Virus record (IMG/VR): IMGVR_UViG_3300034375_002741
Location: 1 to 32,354 of that record
DNA from: a virus
Taxonomy: Duplodnaviria; Caudoviricetes
Reading direction: 5' to 3' (one strand)
Length of the DNA stretch: 32,354 bases
Positions 15,874-25,421 of the stretch are shown piece after piece. Under the pieces are notes generated by a model, which had not been told where the DNA came from, made no database searches, and worked only from the letters and a program-made list of their open reading frames with translations. The position numbers were made by a program, and so were the translations under genes. The number at the start of each line of letters is the position of its first letter. Position 1 is the stretch's first letter.

Positions 15874-16147
15874 AACACCTGCATGGCAAAGAAAAGAAGG
15901 TAAAAGTTCTTCTGGTGGTTTAAACAAAAAAGGTGTAGCATCGTACAGACGTGCTAATCCAGGTAGTAAACTAAAGACTGCTGTAACTACAAAACCAAGT
16001 AAATTAAAAAAAGGATCTAAAGCTGCTAATAGAAGAAAATCATTTTGTGCAAGAATGGGTGGCATGAAGAAACGATTAACTTCTAAAAAGACTGCTAATG
16101 ATCCAAACTCAAGAATTAATAAAGCATTAAGGAAATGGAACTGTTAA
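15863..16147 (+). CDS. DUF6321-like basic protein
   Basis: TPAWQRKEGK..GGLN.KG..SY..NPGSKLK..RRKSFCARM..DPNSRINKALRKWNC; start at 15863. Confidence 0.75.
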   Translation: MTSKTPAWQRKEGKSSSGGLNKKGVASYRRANPGSKLKTAVTTKPSKLKKGSKAANRRKSFCARMGGMKKRLTSKKTANDPNSRINKALRKWNC

Positions 16148-16148
16148 T

Positions 16149-16412
16149 ATGATTAGTAAAGCACTAAATTTAAAAAATATAAAACATGCAAAAGCTAGAT
16201 TAAGTAAGCTAGCAAACAAAAAAACATTAACTAAAAGTGATATTGTTGAAGTTAAAAAAATTGCACAATTTGAACTTAAAGCTCTTAATTCTGTAACGAA
16301 AAAAAGAGGCAAGGCTTTTGTTGCCAGCAAAATACTGGGCAACCCAAGTAAAACAGCAAGGTCTGTTTATAAAAAAGCAGGTATAAAAATTGTTCCTAAC
16401 AGAGTAAGATAA
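16149..16412 (+). CDS. Small basic protein (MISKA N-terminus)
   Basis: 87 aa; TAATG-coupled to the portal. Confidence 0.7.
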   Translation: MISKALNLKNIKHAKARLSKLANKKTLTKSDIVEVKKIAQFELKALNSVTKKRGKAFVASKILGNPSKTARSVYKKAGIKIVPNRVR

Positions 16413-18544
16413 TGGATGAATATAAATTAAAGGCTCTAATAGCATCTGAGATACAAACCTCAATGGGGTATCTTGGCGGTGAGCTAACAGAACAAAGAAC
16501 AAAGTCTTTAGAATATTATTTTGGTGAACCATTTGGTAATGAACAAGATGGTAGATCACAAGTAGTAAGTACTGATGTAGCTGATACTATAGAATCTATC
16601 TTACCTACAATAATGCGAACATTTACTGCATCACCTAAAGCAGTACAATGTATTGGTAATAAGCCAGGCGATGAAGCTGCTGCTAAACAAGCTACTGATT
16701 ATTTAAACCATGTCTTTTATAAAGATAATCCTGGTTTCACATTAATGTATACCTTCTTTAAAGATGCTCTATTGCAGAAGAATGGTATTATGAAAATCTT
16801 TTGGGATGATTCATTAGATGTAGAAAGATCTACTTATCAAGGTCTGACTGATGATGAGTTTGCTATGCTTATAGCTGATCCTGAAGTTAAAGTATTAGAA
16901 CATACTGAGTACGATATTGATGATGAAGAAGCTTTAAAAGAAGCTGCTGATTATATAGAAGCTCAAGGAATGCCTGCAGATGTACAGTCTAGTGGTAAGA
17001 TGCATGATGTAGTAGTAAATAGAATGAAGAAGAAAGGTCAAGTACGAATAGAGAACGTACCACCTGAAGAATTCCTTATTGCTCGTAATGCTAAAACTAT
17101 AGAAGATGCACACTTTACAGCGCATAGAAAATATATAACTCGTTCAGAATTAGTTGAAATGGGTTTTGATCCAGAAGAAGTAAAAGCTTTACCTACTGAT
17201 AATGATCAGAGATATAGTGAAGAAAGAACAACCAGATATGAAGATTTAGATTATAACTCTTTAAACAGACATACTGCATCTGATACAGCAAACGAACAAA
17301 TACTTATTTACGAATGCTATATAAAAATAGATGAAGATGAAGATGGAATTGCGGAATTACGCAAGGTAACTGTAGCAGGCGACAGCTCATATAAAATTTT
17401 AGACAATGTGCCTTTTGACAGACAACCCTTCGTAAGTGTTACACCTATTCTAGTGCCACACCGTTTTTATGGTCGTTCTGTATCTGAACTAGTAGAAGAT
17501 GTGCAGTTAGTTAAATCAACTATTATGCGTCAACTATTAGACAATATGTATTTGACTAATAACAATCGTATTGCAGTTATGGATGGTCAAGTAAACATTG
17601 ATGATCTATTGACTAACCGACCAGGCGGTATTGTAAGAACTAAACAACCACCACAATCAGTTATACAACCATTGCAATCACAGCCTTTAAATCAACAGGC
17701 TATGCCGCTATTAGAATACTTAGATGTAGTTAGAGAACAAAGAACTGGTGTAACTAGATACTCACAAGGTATGGATTCTGATTCTTTAAACAAAACAGCA
17801 TCAGGTATTAACCAGATATTAACTCAAGCACAATTAAGAGTAGAATTAATTTGTAGAGTTTTTGCTGAAACAGGTGTCAAGGAGTTATTTAAAAAGATTC
17901 TTGAGACTGTTATCAAGTATGAAACTAAAGAAAAAATTATTCGTGTAAACGAACAGTACGTTGCTATGATGCCGATGGAATGGATTAATAGATGTAACGT
18001 AGATATTCAAGTAGGTCTTGGAACAGGTAGTAAAGAACAAGAGCTTGCTATTCTCAACAACATATTGGAGAGACAATTACAAGCAATTAATTTACAGAAA
18101 TCTGCTGCTGGTCCTATGGTTAATTTAAGAAATGTACATAATACATTAACTAAATTAGTTGAAGCTGCAGGACTCAAAAATGTTGACACATACTTTACTG
18201 ATCCTATTATTGGTGCGCAACAAATGCCAGCTCCACAACCACCACCACCTACTGAGTTTGAAAAGGTTACACTTGCACAAGTACAAGGAGAAAATCAACG
18301 TAAGATCCTAGATATGCAAGTTAAAGAGAAAGAAATAGATCTTAAAACACAACAAATGGTGTTAGAGTTTGAGACTAGAATAAAAGAGTTAGAAGCTAAA
18401 TATCAAGTGCAGTTTGACTCTAATGCTATCAAACGTGAAGCCATGAATACTAATAAAGGTGGACAGTCACCACAATTAGGTGATATAGGTGATGAAACAC
18501 AAAGACAGCAACAAACTTTCTTTAACCCAAACAACTCTAGATGA
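16412..18544 (+). CDS. Portal protein (P22-like with C-terminal helical barrel)
   Basis: 710 aa; YYFGEPFGNE..GRSQVVS.DV.D, KDALLQKNG, ENVPPEEF, RQLLDNMYL, long C-terminal coiled coil; position after TerL. Confidence 0.92.
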   Translation: MDEYKLKALIASEIQTSMGYLGGELTEQRTKSLEYYFGEPFGNEQDGRSQVVSTDVADTIESILPTIMRTFTASPKAVQCIGNKPGDEAAAKQATDYLNHVFYKDNPGFTLMYTFFKDALLQKNGIMKIFWDDSLDVERSTYQGLTDDEFAMLIADPEVKVLEHTEYDIDDEEALKEAADYIEAQGMPADVQSSGKMHDVVVNRMKKKGQVRIENVPPEEFLIARNAKTIEDAHFTAHRKYITRSELVEMGFDPEEVKALPTDNDQRYSEERTTRYEDLDYNSLNRHTASDTANEQILIYECYIKIDEDEDGIAELRKVTVAGDSSYKILDNVPFDRQPFVSVTPILVPHRFYGRSVSELVEDVQLVKSTIMRQLLDNMYLTNNNRIAVMDGQVNIDDLLTNRPGGIVRTKQPPQSVIQPLQSQPLNQQAMPLLEYLDVVREQRTGVTRYSQGMDSDSLNKTASGINQILTQAQLRVELICRVFAETGVKELFKKILETVIKYETKEKIIRVNEQYVAMMPMEWINRCNVDIQVGLGTGSKEQELAILNNILERQLQAINLQKSAAGPMVNLRNVHNTLTKLVEAAGLKNVDTYFTDPIIGAQQMPAPQPPPPTEFEKVTLAQVQGENQRKILDMQVKEKEIDLKTQQMVLEFETRIKELEAKYQVQFDSNAIKREAMNTNKGGQSPQLGDIGDETQRQQQTFFNPNNSR

Positions 18545-18807
18545 ACGAAAACGATTTAATAAGAGAACAAAATAAAGGCGCAAAAGCCAATACCATATTA
18601 GAAGATGAACTATTTATAGAGAGCTTTACAATGTTAAAAGCTGCTTATGAAAAAGAAATGGTTCAGACTTCCTACAAAGATTCAGAAGCTAGAACAGCTA
18701 TCTGGGTTGCCTGGCATCAGTTAGACAAGGTTAAATCCCACCTGACTGAGATAATGAATACAGGTAAACTTGCTAGTAAACAACTGCAAGATTTAAAAAA
18801 ACCTTAA
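18541..18807 (+). CDS. Small head-module protein
   Basis: 88 aa helical ORF between portal and scaffold. Confidence 0.7.
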   Translation: MNENDLIREQNKGAKANTILEDELFIESFTMLKAAYEKEMVQTSYKDSEARTAIWVAWHQLDKVKSHLTEIMNTGKLASKQLQDLKKP

Positions 18808-18820
18808 ATAGGAGGACTAT

Positions 18821-19819
18821 ATGTCTGATGCTGAACAGCAGCCAACCACAGTTAGTGGAGCTGCAGAAACTATAAAGGGCTTGTTGAACCAATCAGCTGA
18901 TACTCAACCTGCACCAACTGAGACCGCAACGGTTACAGAAGAAACATTAACGCAAACTGATGAGCCAATTGCTCCCAGTAACGTTCCTGACGAACCTAAT
19001 GCTTTGTCTGAAGAATACGATGAATCAGTTGAATCTGACATTGTGGAAACTACAGAGTTATCGGAGGAACCCATATTCCCTGTTGTAATAGACGGACAAA
19101 AATATGAGGTCAACCAAAACGAACTCATCAATGGTTATCAACGACAAGCAGATTATTCTCGTAAAACAGAGGAACTATCTATCGAGCGCAAGCAACAAGA
19201 AGATCAGATCCAACGTGAACGAGATGCTGTTCAAACACAAATGGCTAATTTACATTCGCTTGAACAATCACTTAAGTCCCAATTAGACTCTGAATTACAG
19301 AGTATTGATTTTGATAGAATGTACGAAGAAGATCCTGTACAAGCTTCACGCTTACAGTATCAAATGCAGAAAAGACAAAAAGATCTTGATGCAGCTCGTA
19401 TGCAAATTCACCAGCAACAACAATCTGAGTATCAAAAATATGTATCTGAACAAGAAAAACAGATGTTTATTAAGATGCCTGAGATGAAAGATGCTGCAAA
19501 ATCTACTGAGATTAGACAAAATATGAAAACATATTTATCTGATCAAGGTTATATGGATCAAGAGATTGCAGGTTTAACAGATCACAGAATGCTCTTAATA
19601 CTTAAAGATGCAATGGCATACAGACGACTCCAGAAATCTAAACCTGGACTTGTAAAAAAAGTTGCTGATGCTCCAAGAGTAGTAAGATCTGGGACTGCTA
19701 AAACTAAAGGTGAACGTAAAGACTTAGCTATGAATGATAACAAGAAACGCCTAGCTAAAACTGGTAGATGGCAAGATGCTGCTGCTATATTTAGACAAGG
19801 TATGAAAACAAAATCATAA
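18821..19819 (+). CDS. Capsid scaffolding protein
   Basis: Acidic N-terminus, VVIDG..EV...ELINGYQRQADYSRKT motif, coiled coil; directly upstream of the capsid gene. Confidence 0.85.
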   Translation: MSDAEQQPTTVSGAAETIKGLLNQSADTQPAPTETATVTEETLTQTDEPIAPSNVPDEPNALSEEYDESVESDIVETTELSEEPIFPVVIDGQKYEVNQNELINGYQRQADYSRKTEELSIERKQQEDQIQRERDAVQTQMANLHSLEQSLKSQLDSELQSIDFDRMYEEDPVQASRLQYQMQKRQKDLDAARMQIHQQQQSEYQKYVSEQEKQMFIKMPEMKDAAKSTEIRQNMKTYLSDQGYMDQEIAGLTDHRMLLILKDAMAYRRLQKSKPGLVKKVADAPRVVRSGTAKTKGERKDLAMNDNKKRLAKTGRWQDAAAIFRQGMKTKS

Positions 19820-19840
19820 CATAATATAAGGAGACCTTAA

Positions 19841-20797
19841 ATGGCACAACCAACAAACTTGTATGATACTTATGACACTACGGGTATTCGAGAAGATTTG
19901 GCTGACGTAATATATAATATTGCACCGTCAGACACACCAATTCTTTCTGCTATACCTAGAGCTGTTGCAAGTTCTACTAGCCACGAATGGCAAACTGACA
20001 CACTAGCTGCTCCTGCTGCTAATGCTGTTATCGAAGGTGATGAAGCTACTACAGATGCAATGGTTGCAACTGCAAGAGTTAAAAACTTCACACAAATCAT
20101 GGATAAAGTAATCTCTATATCTGGTACTCAAGGAGCTGTTGATGCAGCTGGTAGAGCAGATGAGATGGCTTACCAAATCGCTAAAAAATCTAAAGAACTT
20201 AAAAAAGATATGGAATTCGCTATCATTAAAGAGAATGTTTCTGTAGCTGGTTCTGCAAGTGCTGCTAGAGAAATCGGTTCATTTGCTACTTGGATTTCTT
20301 CAAATGGCGATGCGGCAGGTTCTTTATCTGCTGGCTATAATCCTGCTACTGGATTGACTAGAGCGCCTACAGGCGGTACTGATCGTGATCTAACAGAAGC
20401 AATTCTAAAAACCGTTATCCAAGAAACTTATACTTCTGGTGGCGATTTAGACATGCTAGTAGTACCACCATCTGTTAAACAAGTTATATCTGGATTCAAT
20501 GCGAACACAACTCGTTTTGGTCCTGCTGAAGCAAGAACTGAATATGCTGCTATTGACGTATATTCTTCTGACTTCGGAGATATCAACATTGTTCCTAACA
20601 GAGTAATGGCAACTACTGATGACAAAGCTTGTTTCTTAATTCAGAGCGACATGGTCGCTACTGCATACTTAAGAGATTTCCAAATGAATGAGTTAGCAAA
20701 AACTGGTGACTCAGACAGAATGCAACTTTTAGTTGAATGGACTCTTGAGATGAGAAATGAAGCAGCTCACGCTGTAATTTTGGACATCAACCAATAA
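19841..20797 (+). CDS. Major capsid protein (DUF5309/SU10-like)
   Basis: GIREDLADVIYNIAPSDTP, HEWQTDTL, NFTQI, ELKKDME, LAKTGDS; TAAGGAG RBS; downstream terminator. Confidence 0.92.
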   Translation: MAQPTNLYDTYDTTGIREDLADVIYNIAPSDTPILSAIPRAVASSTSHEWQTDTLAAPAANAVIEGDEATTDAMVATARVKNFTQIMDKVISISGTQGAVDAAGRADEMAYQIAKKSKELKKDMEFAIIKENVSVAGSASAAREIGSFATWISSNGDAAGSLSAGYNPATGLTRAPTGGTDRDLTEAILKTVIQETYTSGGDLDMLVVPPSVKQVISGFNANTTRFGPAEARTEYAAIDVYSSDFGDINIVPNRVMATTDDKACFLIQSDMVATAYLRDFQMNELAKTGDSDRMQLLVEWTLEMRNEAAHAVILDINQ

Positions 20798-20805
20798 TAC
20801 TAATT

Positions 20806-20830
20806 AGGGGGAGCTTCGGCTCCCTCTTTT
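20806..20830 (+). terminator. Intrinsic terminator after the capsid gene
   Basis: GGGAGC-TTCG-GCTCCC stem with a C(UUCG)G loop followed by TCTTTT. Confidence 0.85.
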
Positions 20831-20845
20831 ACATAAGGAAAAATT

Positions 20846-21139
20846 ATGAAGAAATCCCCAACAACATTTAAAATTGGAACAACGCAAACTGTAGCTGTAG
20901 CAGATTCTTCTGCTGCAACAGGTAATGCAATTGGATCACAAACTAATGAAATTAGATTAGTATCTAGTGTTGATGCTTATGTAGAAATGAATGCTGCTTC
21001 ACCAACTGCAGCTTCTACTTCTATTATTTTACCAGCATTTACTGTAGAATATTTTAGAGTTACACCTGGAACTAAAGTAGCTTTTTTAAGAGTAGGTTCA
21101 GTAACAGGAACAGCAAGAGTAACAGAACTTAGTCAGTAA
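20846..21139 (+). CDS. Putative small virion protein
   Basis: 97 aa, Thr/Ala/Ser/Val-rich; follows the capsid gene. Confidence 0.7.
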   Translation: MKKSPTTFKIGTTQTVAVADSSAATGNAIGSQTNEIRLVSSVDAYVEMNAASPTAASTSIILPAFTVEYFRVTPGTKVAFLRVGSVTGTARVTELSQ

Positions 21140-21321
21140 TGAGACCAGGTTTTATATCAATACGAAGTCAGGACAGGTATCGTAATCGTAGGACAGATGT
21201 ACCTAATGATGCTATAAACTTAGAAGATTTAACATACCTATTATTAGAAACAGGAGATAACATCATACGAGAAGATGGTGTAGGTGTTTCATACTTCACT
21301 AATACTCCTATCCAAAACTAA
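21139..21321 (+). CDS. Hypothetical virion-associated protein
   Basis: 60 aa; LLLETGDNIIREDG motif; TAATG coupling. Confidence 0.65.
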   Translation: MRPGFISIRSQDRYRNRRTDVPNDAINLEDLTYLLLETGDNIIREDGVGVSYFTNTPIQN

Positions 21322-21434
21322 TGGATTTTAACGAGTTAGTTAATATTATAAAAAACAAAGAGCAAAGCTCTAAACAACAAAGCAAAAACAAACAAAGAAC
21401 AAAAGTTTTAAAAAAAAGGATTAAACATGGCTGA
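21321..21434 (+). CDS. Small basic protein (37 aa)
   Basis: Hand translation MDFNELVNIIKNKEQSSKQQSKNKQRTKVLKKRIKHG; TAATG-coupled, fills the gap. Confidence 0.5.
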   Translation: MDFNELVNIIKNKEQSSKQQSKNKQRTKVLKKRIKHG

Positions 21435-21882
21435 TAGTAAAATTAGTGCATTAACAGCATTATCAGAAACCCCAGCAGATGATGATGTGTTTGCAGTTGT
21501 AGACACAAGTGCTACAGCTACAAAAAAAATTACATTTGCAACTTTAAACGCTGCAGTATCAGCTGTTTATAATTTAACAAAAACTGGTAACTATACAGCT
21601 GTTGCTGGTGATAAAATATTATGTGATACTTCAGGTGGTGCATTTACAATTACACTTCCTGCTAGTCCTAGTGCTGGTGATGAAATTCATGTACTTGACG
21701 CAACTGCATCATTTGACTCAAACAATTTAACTATTGACAGAAACTCAAAAAAGATACAAGGAGCTGCTGCTGACCTCACAATTACTACAGAAAATACAGG
21801 TATTGGTTTAGTTTTCTACAATGATACTTATGGTTGGAGAATATTAGTAGATGCTTATGGTGTAGATCCAACGGAGCTGTAA
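21427..21882 (+). CDS. Short fibre/decoration-like protein
   Basis: MADSKISALT..DDDVFAVVD..TKKIT plus YTAVAGD.I.CDTSGGAFTITLPASPSAGD module seen in phage fibre proteins. Confidence 0.7.
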   Translation: MADSKISALTALSETPADDDVFAVVDTSATATKKITFATLNAAVSAVYNLTKTGNYTAVAGDKILCDTSGGAFTITLPASPSAGDEIHVLDATASFDSNNLTIDRNSKKIQGAAADLTITTENTGIGLVFYNDTYGWRILVDAYGVDPTEL

Positions 21883-21883
21883 C

Positions 21884-22201
21884 ATGGCTGATATATACAA
21901 TCCTAATCAAGATATCCATGTAGATAAAGCTACTAGTAAATTAGTAGTAAAACATTCACAAAATACTACACCTATATTACAAGATAATAAAATATCTCGT
22001 AATCATAGAGCTGGAGAACAAAAAGGTGAGTTCCAACGTATAGCTCAAATACCTTTGATAGCTTTACAAATTAAATGTAAAGAATTGTTTGGACACTCTA
22101 ATTGGTGGCAAGTAGAAAAAGATGATCAACGTTCTATAATTAAAAGAATGATTAACAGTAACGAGTTTGAAAACTTTAGAGTAGGAGATAAGAAACTATA
22201 A
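21884..22201 (+). CDS. Hypothetical protein
   Basis: 105 aa ORF in the structural operon, TAATG-coupled. Confidence 0.7.
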   Translation: MADIYNPNQDIHVDKATSKLVVKHSQNTTPILQDNKISRNHRAGEQKGEFQRIAQIPLIALQIKCKELFGHSNWWQVEKDDQRSIIKRMINSNEFENFRVGDKKL

Positions 22202-22842
22202 TGGCTTTAGATAATTATGCAAATTTACAAACTTCTATTGCTAATTGGTTAGCTAGAGATGATTTAACTAGTGAGATACCAGATTTTATATCTTTATGTG
22301 AAGCAGAGTTTAATAGAGAGCTGCGTATAAGATCTATGGAAACTACTGAAACTGTTAGTATAGATGCTGAACAAGAAGCATTACCTACAGGATTTTTAGG
22401 AGTAAGAAGTTTCTTTCTAAATAATAATGGTAAAACTAAACTTACTTATAGTACACCATACAACCAGTTTGATATGAGAGGTTCTACTAGAACAGGTACG
22501 CCACAAGCTTATAGCATTGAAGGTACCAACTTTCGTTTCAGCCCTACCCCTGATACAACTTACACAGCAAACCTTGTGTACTACAAGGCATTTGACTCCC
22601 TGTCAGCTAGTACCACAACTAACTTTATACTCACCAATCATCCTGCTGTATATTTATATGGTAGTCTTTATCATGCGAGTAATTTTATTAGGGGTATTGC
22701 ACCAGATACTGTTGCACAATGGCAACAACTATTTGTTACTGGTATAAACCAAATTAGAGAAATGGATGAGAAAGAAAAACATAATGGCTCACCATTAATA
22801 CAAAGATCAGGTATTAATATTAACAACTTTGATAACGTATAA
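22201..22842 (+). CDS. Head-tail adaptor protein
   Basis: NYANLQTSIANWLARDDLT..IPDFISLCEAEFNRELR, P.PD..Y, HPAVYLYGSL; size and synteny. Confidence 0.75.
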   Translation: MALDNYANLQTSIANWLARDDLTSEIPDFISLCEAEFNRELRIRSMETTETVSIDAEQEALPTGFLGVRSFFLNNNGKTKLTYSTPYNQFDMRGSTRTGTPQAYSIEGTNFRFSPTPDTTYTANLVYYKAFDSLSASTTTNFILTNHPAVYLYGSLYHASNFIRGIAPDTVAQWQQLFVTGINQIREMDEKEKHNGSPLIQRSGININNFDNV

Positions 22843-24308
22843 TGCAATTACCTTTTGGCGAATGGCTGCCAGATCTGCCAGACCATGTCAATCCAGGAGC
22901 TACCCAAGCTAGGAATGTATTTCCTGCTGTTAACAGTTATAGACCATTTAATGATATAGCTGCTACTTCTAGCAATGGAACTGATGCAAGATGTCAAGGT
23001 GGTAAAGCATTTAAGTCTGATAGTGGTGTTGTGTCTATATTTGCAGGTGATGCTACTAAGTTATACAAACTAACATCTAATGCGTTTGTAGATGAAAGTG
23101 GAGGAACTACCTTTAGTTTTTCTACAGAATCCTATTGGGATTTTATTAGATTTGGTGAAGTAGTTATTGCTTTTAATGGTGACGATGCTCCGCAAGCATG
23201 GACACTAGATAGTTCTACAGACTTTGCAGCACTTGCTGGATCACCTCCAGTATTTAGACATGCTGCTGTGGTAGGTAATTTTATAGTTACAGGGTTTCAA
23301 CCTAATGCACAAAACAAAGTACAATGGTCTAGTTTTAATAGTGCAACCTCATGGACAGTAGGAACTAATCAATCTGATTCTGAAACACTTCCAGAAGGTG
23401 GTGTTATTACAGGTATTACTGGTGGACAATACGGTTTAATCTTTCAAGAAAATCGTATTACTCGTATGGATTATAGAGGCGGTAATGTTGTATTTCAATT
23501 TAGAAGAATAGAAGATAACAGAGGAGCTGTACAAGGTAAAAACGTAATACAAGTAGGTAACTTAGTTTACTTCTTATCTGAAGATGGTTTTTATGTTACT
23601 GATGGTAATTCATCAAGACCTATAGGTGCAAATAAAGTAGATCGTTTCTTTTATAATGATCTTAAGTTTACTTTTAGAGAACGAGTTAGAGCATCGTACG
23701 ATCATGAAAACAAATTAGTTATGTGGTCATACCCATCTGCAACTGGTAACAATGCAGGTACACAAAATGATAAAATTATTATCTATCATATTGCTAGTGA
23801 AAGATGGTCTATAGTAGAATTAGATCATGAAATTATTATTGATTACTTATCACCTGGATTTACATTAGAAGAACTAGACGATTATCCAGCATCAGGTACA
23901 GATGATTTAGATGCTATAACAGTATCACTTGATAACCCTGTATTTATTGGTGGTCTAAGATCTTTAGGTGCTTTTAATACTAGTCATAAATTAGGATCAT
24001 TTGGTGGCGCTACATTAGCTGCTGAAATAGGTACTGGAGAAACAGAAATATTTCCAACTAGTAGATCATTAATAAGCAATGTTAGACCTATTGTAGACAC
24101 AAGTGCTGCTATAGGAACATTAAGCCATCGTAATAGAGTTGCTGACTCTTTTAGTACGACAGGTACATCAACTATGCACAGTACTGGCAATATACCATTG
24201 CGTAAATCAGCAAGATATTTTAAATTTAATTTAACAATACCAGCAGGTACAACTTGGTCAGATGCACAAGGTATTGACATTGAAGCAACTAATGAAGGAT
24301 ATAGATAA
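22842..24308 (+). CDS. Tail nozzle/stabilisation protein (P22 gp10-like position)
   Basis: 488 aa, beta-propeller-like content (VQWS, VYFLSEDGFY, IGANKVDRFF); follows the adaptor. Confidence 0.75.
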   Translation: MQLPFGEWLPDLPDHVNPGATQARNVFPAVNSYRPFNDIAATSSNGTDARCQGGKAFKSDSGVVSIFAGDATKLYKLTSNAFVDESGGTTFSFSTESYWDFIRFGEVVIAFNGDDAPQAWTLDSSTDFAALAGSPPVFRHAAVVGNFIVTGFQPNAQNKVQWSSFNSATSWTVGTNQSDSETLPEGGVITGITGGQYGLIFQENRITRMDYRGGNVVFQFRRIEDNRGAVQGKNVIQVGNLVYFLSEDGFYVTDGNSSRPIGANKVDRFFYNDLKFTFRERVRASYDHENKLVMWSYPSATGNNAGTQNDKIIIYHIASERWSIVELDHEIIIDYLSPGFTLEELDDYPASGTDDLDAITVSLDNPVFIGGLRSLGAFNTSHKLGSFGGATLAAEIGTGETEIFPTSRSLISNVRPIVDTSAAIGTLSHRNRVADSFSTTGTSTMHSTGNIPLRKSARYFKFNLTIPAGTTWSDAQGIDIEATNEGYR

Positions 24309-25066
24309 TGGTACTTTTAACCAACCCACAAACAGCAGACTTACAACAACGTATACAAAATTCTAGTTTTGGTAGTCCAGATTATTTACAAGGTTTCACA
24401 GGAACAATGCCTGGATATCAACAAAATCTTTTAGCTAATAATTTTCAACCTGGTTTAATTACACGTGATTTTAGTGGTGGAGCTACATCTATGAATCCAT
24501 CTGGAGTTGCTAATTATTTAAGTTATACACCAGGAGTACCGCCACAAGCTGCAAATAATAGTAATTTTTTACCACTAAATACAATGGTTAATGCTGCAGT
24601 AAGACAAGGTGGAGGAGATAGAGGTCCAATGCAAAATCTTCCTGATCCAACTTATAATCCTAATTTAATAGGTGCATATTTTGGCTATAATAATCCAGAT
24701 TATGAAGCAAGTCCTTATGGAGAAGATGCAAATATATTAGGAGATTTTATAGAAGCTATACAAAGAAAAAAAGTTTCAACTGTTGCTAAAATAAAAGAGA
24801 TAGCTGGTGGAGGATATAGTGCGCCAAAAGGTACAACAGGTCCAGGTGGAACTGTTGGTGGAGGTTCTCAGCCTCAAGGTCCATTTGGTGCTGCTGCAGC
24901 AAGAGAAACAGCTGCAGATCAAGCTAATACCGCTGCTAATAAACGTAATTTAGAAAGAGATAAAAAAGGTGGAGGCGCAGGACAAGATACTTCTGGACCT
25001 GAAGCTTCTGGATCTGGTAGAGTTGGTAGTACAGGACCTACTGGTCGTAGTAGTGGCGGCTGGTAA
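24308..25066 (+). CDS. Low-complexity Gly/Pro/Asn-rich protein (possible internal virion protein)
   Basis: 252 aa; TAATG coupling at both ends. Confidence 0.65.
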   Translation: MVLLTNPQTADLQQRIQNSSFGSPDYLQGFTGTMPGYQQNLLANNFQPGLITRDFSGGATSMNPSGVANYLSYTPGVPPQAANNSNFLPLNTMVNAAVRQGGGDRGPMQNLPDPTYNPNLIGAYFGYNNPDYEASPYGEDANILGDFIEAIQRKKVSTVAKIKEIAGGGYSAPKGTTGPGGTVGGGSQPQGPFGAAAARETAADQANTAANKRNLERDKKGGGAGQDTSGPEASGSGRVGSTGPTGRSSGGW

Positions 25067-25236
25067 TGTCTAGTAAATTAAACCTAACATATATTTACAA
25101 TTATCCTGCTGCTAGTTTAGAAGGTGTGTTGTTACCACAATACGAATTTCAATTAGTAACAGAAGATGTTGTTAACCAACTTATTACATATCACAATGTA
25201 GAAAATCAGGAAGTAGTAGCATGGTTTCTAGCGTAG
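25066..25236 (+). CDS. Hypothetical protein (56 aa)
   Basis: Hand translation MSSKLNLTYIYNYPAASLEGVLLPQYEFQLVTEDVVNQLITYHNVENQEVVAWFLA; TAATG-coupled. Confidence 0.65.
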   Translation: MSSKLNLTYIYNYPAASLEGVLLPQYEFQLVTEDVVNQLITYHNVENQEVVAWFLA

Positions 25237-25421
25237 ATGCATGTAGAAATTGTTTTCATAGCTGTCATTGTGGAAACAATGGTGCATGTGTTTCTTGCAA
25301 ATGTTTAAATTGTGAGCATAATGCATTAGATGAATTTTATAAAAATCTTAATGATGGATTTAATGAGACAGCAAGTAAAGAACCATATAAAACATTTAAT
25401 ACTGATGAAGGAATTGAGTAA
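25221..25421 (+). CDS. Cys/His-rich small metal-binding protein
   Basis: CRNCFHSCHCGNNGACVSCKCLNCEH: 8 Cys and 3 His in 26 aa. Confidence 0.65.
   Translation: MVSSVDACRNCFHSCHCGNNGACVSCKCLNCEHNALDEFYKNLNDGFNETASKEPYKTFNTDEGIE

Noticed and set aside
15676-16559. Hydrophobic antisense ORFs opposite the basic genes
   Set aside because: Phe/Leu richness is the reverse complement of Lys codons; opposite to operon direction.
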